Shown: one piece after another, positions 1 to 6,711 of the stretch
Layout: every line of letters starts with the position of its first letter
Position numbering within the stretch: the stretch's first letter is position 1
From: Bacillota bacterium
GTDB taxonomy: Bacteria; Bacillota_I; Bacilli_A; RF39; UBA660
Assembly (NCBI GenBank): GCA_022771715.1
Contig: JALELF010000017.1
Span: forward strand, 1 to 46,608
Direction of reading: 5' to 3'
Length of the DNA: 46,608 nt
Position numbers and translations under genes: made by a program
The notes under the pieces: model-generated
The model's input: the letters and a program-made list of their open reading frames with translations, nothing else
The model's database searches: none
Told to the model about the DNA's origin: nothing

Positions 1-462
1 AGTGGTTAATATAATAACTGGTATATTAAATCTTTCAATTTTTCTTAACTTACCTAATACTTGAACACCATCTAATTTACCACTTAATACATTACTAGTG
101 AATATAATATCATAATCATTTTGTTCATTTATCTTCATTAACAAGTCTTCACCATTAGTTACAAACTCTGTCTCAATTCCCATGCTGGTTAAAACTTCAT
201 TAGTAACGACAGCTGATGTTTCATAATAATCAGCAATTAAAGCCCTTATTTTTTTATTTGGCTTATATTTACTATTTTTCTCTAATGCTAGTTTATTAAC
301 TTGATAATTCCATCTAAGTATCTCAAAATTTCTCGTTAAATTTTTCTTTTCATTTTCACTTTTAGTTATTTGTTTTTTTAAATATTCTATTTTGATTGTA
401 TGCTTATAGTACATAATTAATAGGAGAATACAGGTTATAACTAAAATTATCATTACACACAT
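1..462 (-). CDS. Membrane-anchored CheY-like receiver (REC) domain protein. Only the N-terminal part is in the window (the gene runs off the window start). The acidic pocket is atypical.
   Basis: Not in the ORF track because there is no stop in the window. My minus-strand translation from the ATG at 460-462 reads MCVMIILVITCILLLIMYYKH (TM helix), then KIRALIADYYETSAVVTNEVLTSMGIETEFVTNGEDLLMKINEQNDYDIIFTSNVLSGKLDGVQVLGKLRKIERFNIPVIILTT, open to base 1. It shows the REC-like beta/alpha pattern, including PVIILT. Confidence 0.55.
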   Translation of the reverse strand, partial: MCVMIILVITCILLLIMYYKHTIKIEYLKKQITKSENEKKNLTRNFEILRWNYQVNKLALEKNSKYKPNKKIRALIADYYETSAVVTNEVLTSMGIETEFVTNGEDLLMKINEQNDYDIIFTSNVLSGKLDGVQVLGKLRKIERFNIPVIILTT

Positions 463-534
463 TAAATAAATATTGGGCACACTATCCCCTCTTTTCTACT
501 CTTTTGGATATATAATGTATACTTTCTACTATAT

Positions 535-565
535 ATAATCATCATATTTATAACATGATGATTAT
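535..565. promoter_or_regulatory. Perfect 11-bp inverted repeat (ATAATCATCAT-N9-ATGATGATTAT) in the divergent intergenic region. Candidate operator.
   Basis: Read directly from the sequence. It lies between the divergently oriented REC-like gene and the XRE gene. A second 10-bp palindrome, CCGATATCGG, lies at 591-600. Confidence 0.35.
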
Positions 566-659
566 ACCATTAGCTATTAGCAAAAGTCAACCGATATCGG
601 CGCATATTAAAGCGATAATTTTGTTAAAATTATTTTAGATTGTAAAGGAGATGGAGATA

Positions 660-899
660 ATGCTATTCAAAGAAGCTATTAGTAAGCGTATTCTAGAACT
701 TTGTGACCAATATGATTATACTCCAAATAAATTAGCTGAAATGTCAGCAATTGCTCCTTCAACTTTGCGAGCACTTATATCTAATAAAGTTAACAATCCA
801 AGTTCTTACGTAATTTACAAAATATGTAAGACATTTAAAATAAGTTTGATCGACTTTTATAACTCTTCACTATTTGATGAAAAGCAAATTGACGATTAA
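660..899 (+). CDS. XRE-family helix-turn-helix transcriptional regulator
   Basis: Track ORF 651..899. The segment YTPNKLAEMSAIAPSTLRALISNKVNNPSSYVIYKICKTFKISLIDFY is a typical HTH_3/XRE pattern. AAGGAG at 645-650 is too close to the ATG at 651, so the ATG at 660 (MLFKEAIS...) is the better start. Confidence 0.8.
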   Translation: MLFKEAISKRILELCDQYDYTPNKLAEMSAIAPSTLRALISNKVNNPSSYVIYKICKTFKISLIDFYNSSLFDEKQIDD

Positions 900-911
900 T
901 TTATCAAATTT

Positions 912-944
912 AAGACTTGAAAACATACTTCAAGTCTTTTTTAT
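912..944 (+). terminator. Rho-independent terminator of the XRE gene
   Basis: 10-bp stem AAGACTTGAA / TTCAAGTCTT, 7-nt loop, followed by a T-run. Confidence 0.7.
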
Positions 945-1040
945 TATTACATCATGCTACAACAATTATTATATAATACTGTTTACTATAAATTCAAGGA
1001 CAAATTATAAATTTATGTATATTTTATGTAAAATAGTTAT

Positions 1041-1063
1041 AAAAAACGAGCTAATACTCGTTT
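1041..1063 (-). terminator. Rho-independent terminator at the end of the three-gene operon
   Basis: On the minus strand: AAACGAG-tattag-CTCGTTT followed by TTTTT. It overlaps the stop codon of the 98-aa ORF. Confidence 0.6.
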
Positions 1064-1358
1064 AATACATATCAATTAATTCTAAATTGCAAAAATCTTC
1101 ATTAACCAATTCACTTAAAACATTTAAATTAAACTTATCAAGTTTTTCTTTTAAAATTTCAGTTGGTACCAAAAATAAATCAGTTCTTTCAATTAATAAG
1201 TCATTTATTCTTTTAATACCAATTTCTTTAAAATAATTTAAATTATTTATAACCATTTCTTGATCACATATCAAATTTTCAATAAATGTTTCATCATTAT
1301 TTTTAATTACTTGAGCTATTGTTTCCTTAGTTATTCCAAAAGGTAATAGAAATTCCAT
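1062..1358 (-). CDS. Hypothetical small helical protein (98 aa), third gene of the coupled operon. The repeat pattern is mTERF-like.
   Basis: Track ORF. Its start overlaps the upstream stop (TAATG at 1356-1360). The segment LNYFKEIGIKRINDLLIERTDLFLVPTEILKEKL resembles a helical-repeat unit. I recognised no enzymatic motif. Confidence 0.65.
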   Translation of the reverse strand: MEFLLPFGITKETIAQVIKNNDETFIENLICDQEMVINNLNYFKEIGIKRINDLLIERTDLFLVPTEILKEKLDKFNLNVLSELVNEDFCNLELIDMY

Positions 1359-2998
1359 TATTTAAGCTCCTTCCCATAATTAAATGTATCAATAATTTGA
1401 CGAATTTTATTTATTTCTTCTTCAGTTATAATTGAATCATAAGTCATTATATAAAGTAATATATCTTGATCAATATTTATGCCATTTTTCAAAATAGTTT
1501 CTGCTAATCTTAAAACTTTAAGTCTAGAAATAAGTCTTCCATCAAAATCATATACATAATTATTCTTTTTATATTTTTCTAGTTGTGCTAAGACTTTATT
1601 CTGGAATACAATTTCAGATAAAGTATTGTTCTTACTTTCTGTTAAAATACTATCAATATATGGTCTTTTACTAATATCAAATGTCTTACATACATTTTTA
1701 GCTTCTTTTAAATTATGAATGTTTATAAAATCGCTGCCAACACCATATACGTCTTTTCTTAGGAATGACGAATTTTCGGTATGGTGATAATATGGTATAT
1801 GATTTGTTTGACAATAATAAATTCTATAGAAGCATAAATTATCAGGTGACAAAGTTAGCTTTGAATGATATCTTTCTATATATTCATACATACCAAGTTC
1901 TATAAATTTATCACATACTCCCATTAAATCAGGAGCTGTCATCCAACTATGAGTAGATAAGCCAATGTCATCTTTTTTTCTTAATCCATATAATTCAAAA
2001 GCTTTAATATTATCTTTAATTCTAGTTGGTGACATTCTGAATAATGTTTGAGCATTTTTTAATGCTTCTTTTACATCCACTTTTTTCCTTTTTAGAATAT
2101 CTACAATTTCAAGGAAATTTTCATATCCACTAGCAACGATAAGTTTTTTATAATCAGTACTAATAACTCTACTAGTCCTTTTAGGAACAAATACATTCTT
2201 TAAAGTTTCTAAAAGTCTTATAGGAAAACCTTCCTCCATAGCTATCTTTTCAATATTAGTTAACACATCAGCATTTGAATATACCAAGATTATTGTAAAC
2301 AAATCACTTTGTTCTCTTACAAAATTAAAAGAACAACTTCTTAATTTTTCAAGTGTTTGCTTTATATTATCATAGTTACCTTCATTTAATATTACTTTAA
2401 TATTATTTTCTTTTATTTGATTAATATCATAAGAATATTTACTTAAAAGTTGTGATAATTCTTCTTCACTTAATTTTACTTCTTTCTTTATTTCAATTTT
2501 TGGTGTTTCTTTATTCTTATCATTATACTTTAGTAAACTCATAATAATTTCGTTTCTTGTTTCATAGGGAACATCTTTATCTGATAAAATTTTAGTGATT
2601 AAATCTATTTCTGTTATTAATTCTTCATTATCTATTTTAGTTAATATTTTACTATAAGGATTTTTATATTTTTTAATTCTATCAGTTTCTTTTTGCTTTT
2701 TTATATCAGCAAGTTCAACAAAATCTGATAAAAATCTTTTTTGCTCTGCTTCTAAATCAAAATGAATTCCTTTTTTTTCAGCATACATTATTTTTTGAAT
2801 AAAAAGTAAATTTCTTAAAACAGCAGTTACATCATCTTTTTCGTAAATGAATTTAATTAAGTGTTCATCTAATTCTATTTCTGTTATATTACCTATATTA
2901 TGTCTTAAAGCTGAAACTTTTTCTATTTTATCCATTTCTTCTGGTTCTGGTAGACTATTTAAATAATCTTCAATTAAATTTTTTAATAAATCTATCAT
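1358..2998 (-). CDS. Hypothetical helical-repeat protein (546 aa), second gene of the coupled operon
   Basis: Long ORF in AT-rich DNA. ATGA overlap with the upstream gene at 2995-2998. Repeat-like units include NIKAFELYGLRKKD and CDKFIELGMYEYIERYHSKLTLSPDNL. I could not assign a family. Confidence 0.7.
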   Translation of the reverse strand: MIDLLKNLIEDYLNSLPEPEEMDKIEKVSALRHNIGNITEIELDEHLIKFIYEKDDVTAVLRNLLFIQKIMYAEKKGIHFDLEAEQKRFLSDFVELADIKKQKETDRIKKYKNPYSKILTKIDNEELITEIDLITKILSDKDVPYETRNEIIMSLLKYNDKNKETPKIEIKKEVKLSEEELSQLLSKYSYDINQIKENNIKVILNEGNYDNIKQTLEKLRSCSFNFVREQSDLFTIILVYSNADVLTNIEKIAMEEGFPIRLLETLKNVFVPKRTSRVISTDYKKLIVASGYENFLEIVDILKRKKVDVKEALKNAQTLFRMSPTRIKDNIKAFELYGLRKKDDIGLSTHSWMTAPDLMGVCDKFIELGMYEYIERYHSKLTLSPDNLCFYRIYYCQTNHIPYYHHTENSSFLRKDVYGVGSDFINIHNLKEAKNVCKTFDISKRPYIDSILTESKNNTLSEIVFQNKVLAQLEKYKKNNYVYDFDGRLISRLKVLRLAETILKNGINIDQDILLYIMTYDSIITEEEINKIRQIIDTFNYGKELK

Positions 2999-4557
2999 TT
3001 TTCAACACCGTCCATACTAATATTTTTATTTTTTTCATCTATAAGACTATAAATTTCTTCTCTAAAATCCTTATTATAACCTAATATTTCTCTTCTTCTA
3101 TTTGGATCTTTACTTAACGAAATTAAATTTCCAATAAGTTCTTTATTATTTTCATAGATGTTTTTAGCTTGATCACCATAATTTGCTTGTCTTGATGAGA
3201 CATGCATTACTAAAATCATATCGTTTGCTAAAGGCGTATAAACCACTCTAGATCCGCCTAGACCACCGCTTCCACCTTTTTTCTTAGCATATGCATGAAT
3301 GCCATTAATATATGATGGTGAAACGTTTCTAAAGTTTCCTTTTCTTAATTCACTTAAGGCTGAAATTATTTGATGACGAAACACTTTTTCTTTTAAACCA
3401 TTTGCTTTAAATTCTTTTTCTACATTATTTAAAAATATTAATTCTTTGTAAGAATCATTATCTAAATTTTTACCTTCTAAAGCTAAAATATTATCTCTGT
3501 ATTCTTTAAAGTATTCCTTTAAAACTTCGATATTCATTTGAAGTTCTTCTACAACGCCATCATCGTAAGTATAGTTTAAGGTTTTTAAAGCTTCTTCTAT
3601 TTCTTTTATGGTTTTATACATGTTTTTCAATAATACTTTTTTTGCAAATTCTATAGGTATATCTTTTATACCACATTGCTTATACAAGTTATCATAACCA
3701 TGTATTCCATTATCTCTTATTTCAGTTTTTCTTATGTCTTCTATATTTTCATCAATTATTTCTTTGACTTCATAATATATTTCCAATTGATTAGGCGTGA
3801 ATATTTTAGAAAAATCTACTTTACTTAATGTTCCTTCAAGTCCTATTTGAAATTCGCCTAAATCTTCATGTTTTAATTCTTCTGGTTCATTTTGTACTAT
3901 AGGTTCAGGTTTTGCAATTGGTTCAGACTTTATAATTTCTTTAGGAAGCTCTTCTTTGTAATCTACTTCCAAATCTTTAAATAATATTAAGTTACTTTTT
4001 AACAAGCCAGTTAGTATTGTATATTTTCCTTCTTCTGAAAAACCTATAGTTTCAAGTATTTCTTCTAATAAATCAAAATTATTAAAATATTTAATAAAAC
4101 CATTTTTATCCATAGAAGCTAAAAGTTCTTGAAGTAAATCTCTTCTTTCTTCTAAGGCTAGTTTATCTACAGATTTAGAATCTCTTATCAAAGTTAAAAA
4201 GTCATATATTTCTCTTAACTCACTCATTACACCTCTATATTGAGGTTGATTTGTTAAGTCTAGTCCAGCACATTCTTCAAATAAAAATCTTGCTTTAGAT
4301 ATAGTACTTTTCATTTCTTTTTTCTTGTAGTCATCAAAACTAGAGAATAAATTAAAGTCTATATTAATCAAGTCTGCTTCATCACTACAATCTTCAAGTA
4401 CTTTAGATACAATTATTTTTTTGGCTTCACTTTCTTGTGCTATTTTGATTTCTTTTTCGACTTTTTCTTTTTCTAATTCTATAAGTGACATTAGTTTTTC
4501 AAACTGACTCATAAAAACCCTACTTTCTATCTTTATATATTGTATCATTAGTTCCAT
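2995..4557 (-). CDS. Hypothetical protein (520 aa) with an N-terminal coiled-coil/helical region and a C-terminal RelE/ParE-like module. First gene of the coupled operon.
   Basis: Track ORF, with an alternative start at 4512 (MSQFEK...). The C-terminal segment LIFLNNVEKEFKANGLKEKVFRHQIISALSELRKGNFRN...GGSRVVYTPLANDMILVMHVSSRQ follows the RelE/ParE toxin pattern (R-v-v-Y ... i-l-v ... R). Confidence 0.7.
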   Translation of the reverse strand: MELMIQYIKIESRVFMSQFEKLMSLIELEKEKVEKEIKIAQESEAKKIIVSKVLEDCSDEADLINIDFNLFSSFDDYKKKEMKSTISKARFLFEECAGLDLTNQPQYRGVMSELREIYDFLTLIRDSKSVDKLALEERRDLLQELLASMDKNGFIKYFNNFDLLEEILETIGFSEEGKYTILTGLLKSNLILFKDLEVDYKEELPKEIIKSEPIAKPEPIVQNEPEELKHEDLGEFQIGLEGTLSKVDFSKIFTPNQLEIYYEVKEIIDENIEDIRKTEIRDNGIHGYDNLYKQCGIKDIPIEFAKKVLLKNMYKTIKEIEEALKTLNYTYDDGVVEELQMNIEVLKEYFKEYRDNILALEGKNLDNDSYKELIFLNNVEKEFKANGLKEKVFRHQIISALSELRKGNFRNVSPSYINGIHAYAKKKGGSGGLGGSRVVYTPLANDMILVMHVSSRQANYGDQAKNIYENNKELIGNLISLSKDPNRRREILGYNKDFREEIYSLIDEKNKNISMDGVEK

Positions 4558-4650
4558 CTTTTTTCAAGAGATATTTATTCATATTCATTGATTAAAATCA
4601 ACTACACATATTCTTAAAAAATCTATAATTCATAGCTAAATTTGTAAACT

Positions 4651-4677
4651 AAAAAGATACAGTTTTAAAACTGTATC
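4651..4677 (-). terminator. Rho-independent terminator of the 659-aa Big_2 gene
   Basis: On the minus strand: GATACAGTT-ttaa-AACTGTATC followed by TTTTT. Confidence 0.65.
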
Positions 4678-4684
4678 CATATAA

Positions 4685-6664
4685 TTAAATTTTAGGTCCA
4701 ACTAACATAAACCAAGAACTTGAACCACTACATGAAACTATTTCACTTAAACTAACCCATGTATTACGACCTGGTCTATTTTTAGCAGGGTCATATAACC
4801 ACACTTCATTATTTTCATTAATAGCTAATATTGCCATAATATGACCTGTTTTAGTATAACAGCCTGCTCCTACTCTTATTAAAACTGGATTACCTTCCTT
4901 TAAGTGTTCAATCATCTTCATTCTATCTGAAGCATTTTTGGTTTTATAAGTTTCACTAGTTTTTAAACCAAAATAAGTGAAAACTTTTCTAGCTGCTGTA
5001 TCTCCAGAACAATATCTGCTACACAATTTTTGACCATAAACTATCTCATTAGTAAGTCGTAAAGGATCATAAACATCGCCATTAGCATCTGTTACAAACA
5101 TTGATAAAATGGTAGCCCATGACGTTACTGAACAGCCTGATGTCGCTATTGGGCCACAATTTGCTGTAGAGCAGAAACTTCCTCCATAACTACCTTGCTT
5201 AAAACAAGTATATGGTGTTAAACAAAGATTATTATTCTTATCAGTATACTGTTCATGAGCAACTACAGTAACATTAACTTTAGCAACTAGTCCATTTTTT
5301 GTTATTGCTGAAATTGTCGTAGTACCACTTTTTATACCAGTAATTATTCCACTTGATGATACTGTCGCAATAGCAGGTGAACCACTTACCCATTCGACTT
5401 CTTGACTAGCTGTCATTGGTAAAACTAAAGCTGTTACTTGTTTAGTCTCTTTATCTTTTAACTTTACTGAACTTATACTTAATACTAATTCTGTAGGCTT
5501 AGGAGTTGAAGAAGAAGTACTATCTTCAATAACTTCAATATTTACAAAAGCTTTTTTATCATTAGTTGAAGTTGCTGTTATTACAGCTTTGCCTTTAGAA
5601 ATTGCTTTAATTTCTCCATTATTATTAACTGTTACTACACTAGTATTTGAACTACTCCAAATAAGATTTTTATTAGTAGCATTATTAGGCATAATTGTCG
5701 CGATTAATTTATCAGTTTCACCTTTCTTTAATTTTAAATTATCTTTATTTAACTTTACACTATATACATCAACTAAAGTATTTTTAGCTATTACTGTAAC
5801 TTCAATACTAGCGCTTTTTCCATTTACTGAAGCAGTAATTGTAGCACTTCCAGCAGCAACTGCTTCTATTAAGCCTGAATTAGAAACTCTAACAATACTT
5901 GAATTAGTACTACTATAAGTTACTTTGCCAATATTAGCGTTTGCTGGAATAAATGATATTCTTGTTTGATAAGTATCTCCTTTTTCTAACGATAAAGAAT
6001 TAGGACTAAATAAAATACTAGAAAGACTTATGGTTGGGCTTTCAACATTTACTTCAATACTAGCACTTTTACCATTTAAAGAGTACGCTGTTAGTGTAGT
6101 AGTACCACTAGTTCTTGCCATTACTAAGCCATCATCAGTTACAGTAGCTACTCTAGTATCATTTGTTTCCCAAATCACTTTGGGATTTGTAGCATTTTCT
6201 GGCAGTACTTTTGTTGTTATTGTATATGTTTTTCCAGATTTTAAATTAATTTGATTATCTAATATTTTTATTTCTTCTACTTCTATATAAGGGATTTCTT
6301 CATCTACATTTACTATTTCTGATGTTACTTTTATTTCTGCTTTTGAATTATCTAAAGTAGCACTTACTATACTTTCTCCTTCTTTTAAGGCTTTTATAAT
6401 TCCTTTATCATCTACTGAAACAATATCAGGATTAGTTGATGAAAACAAAATATTTTCTTTATTTTGACTTGTGCATTCTATTTCTAATTCATATTCTTCA
6501 CCAACTATTAATGAAACATACTCATCTACGAAAGAAATAGTTACCTCTTCTACTGGATTATCTACTTCTTTTTCTTTTTTAGGAATTAAGATAATAATTA
6601 AAACTACTGCTATTACTATGAAAATACTAGCTATAATAATATATTTTCTATTTTCTTTTATCAC
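4685..6664 (-). CDS. Membrane-anchored surface protein with multiple Big_2 (bacterial Ig-like) repeats and a C-terminal papain-like cysteine peptidase (C39-like)
   Basis: N-terminal TM helix (YIIIASIFIVIAVVLIIILI). Repeated units of the form xSSNxxVxxVxxxGxIxAxxxGxxxITA. The C-terminus has ANCGPIATSGCSVTSWATIL (Cys nucleophile region) and GHIMAILAINENNEVWLYDP (His/Asp). Confidence 0.75.
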   Translation of the reverse strand: MIKENRKYIIIASIFIVIAVVLIIILIPKKEKEVDNPVEEVTISFVDEYVSLIVGEEYELEIECTSQNKENILFSSTNPDIVSVDDKGIIKALKEGESIVSATLDNSKAEIKVTSEIVNVDEEIPYIEVEEIKILDNQINLKSGKTYTITTKVLPENATNPKVIWETNDTRVATVTDDGLVMARTSGTTTLTAYSLNGKSASIEVNVESPTISLSSILFSPNSLSLEKGDTYQTRISFIPANANIGKVTYSSTNSSIVRVSNSGLIEAVAAGSATITASVNGKSASIEVTVIAKNTLVDVYSVKLNKDNLKLKKGETDKLIATIMPNNATNKNLIWSSSNTSVVTVNNNGEIKAISKGKAVITATSTNDKKAFVNIEVIEDSTSSSTPKPTELVLSISSVKLKDKETKQVTALVLPMTASQEVEWVSGSPAIATVSSSGIITGIKSGTTTISAITKNGLVAKVNVTVVAHEQYTDKNNNLCLTPYTCFKQGSYGGSFCSTANCGPIATSGCSVTSWATILSMFVTDANGDVYDPLRLTNEIVYGQKLCSRYCSGDTAARKVFTYFGLKTSETYKTKNASDRMKMIEHLKEGNPVLIRVGAGCYTKTGHIMAILAINENNEVWLYDPAKNRPGRNTWVSLSEIVSCSGSSSWFMLVGPKI

Positions 6665-6685
6665 TTTGTCACCTCTTATTCTTTA

Positions 6686-6711
6686 AAACAGTTAGCAATT
6701 ACCAACTGTTT
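6686..6711 (-). terminator. Weak hairpin between the two Big_2 genes. Possible terminator or attenuator.
   Basis: 8-bp stem AAACAGTT / AACTGTTT with a 10-nt loop. The U-tract is only short, and the hairpin overlaps the stop codon of the upstream gene. Confidence 0.3.

Noticed and set aside
874-1065. 63-aa plus-strand ORF between the XRE gene and the three-gene operon
   Set aside because: It overlaps the XRE stop and runs straight through both convergent terminator hairpins (912-944 and 1041-1063). It has no RBS and a low-complexity translation.
5589-6686. Plus-strand ORFs (5589..5918, 6030..6254, 6471..6686) antisense to the 659-aa Big_2 gene
   Set aside because: They lie entirely inside a well-supported minus-strand gene and have no RBS. 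Their hydrophobic low-complexity translations are what is expected when reading Thr/Ser/Val/Asn-rich Big_2 codons backwards. They are shadow ORFs.
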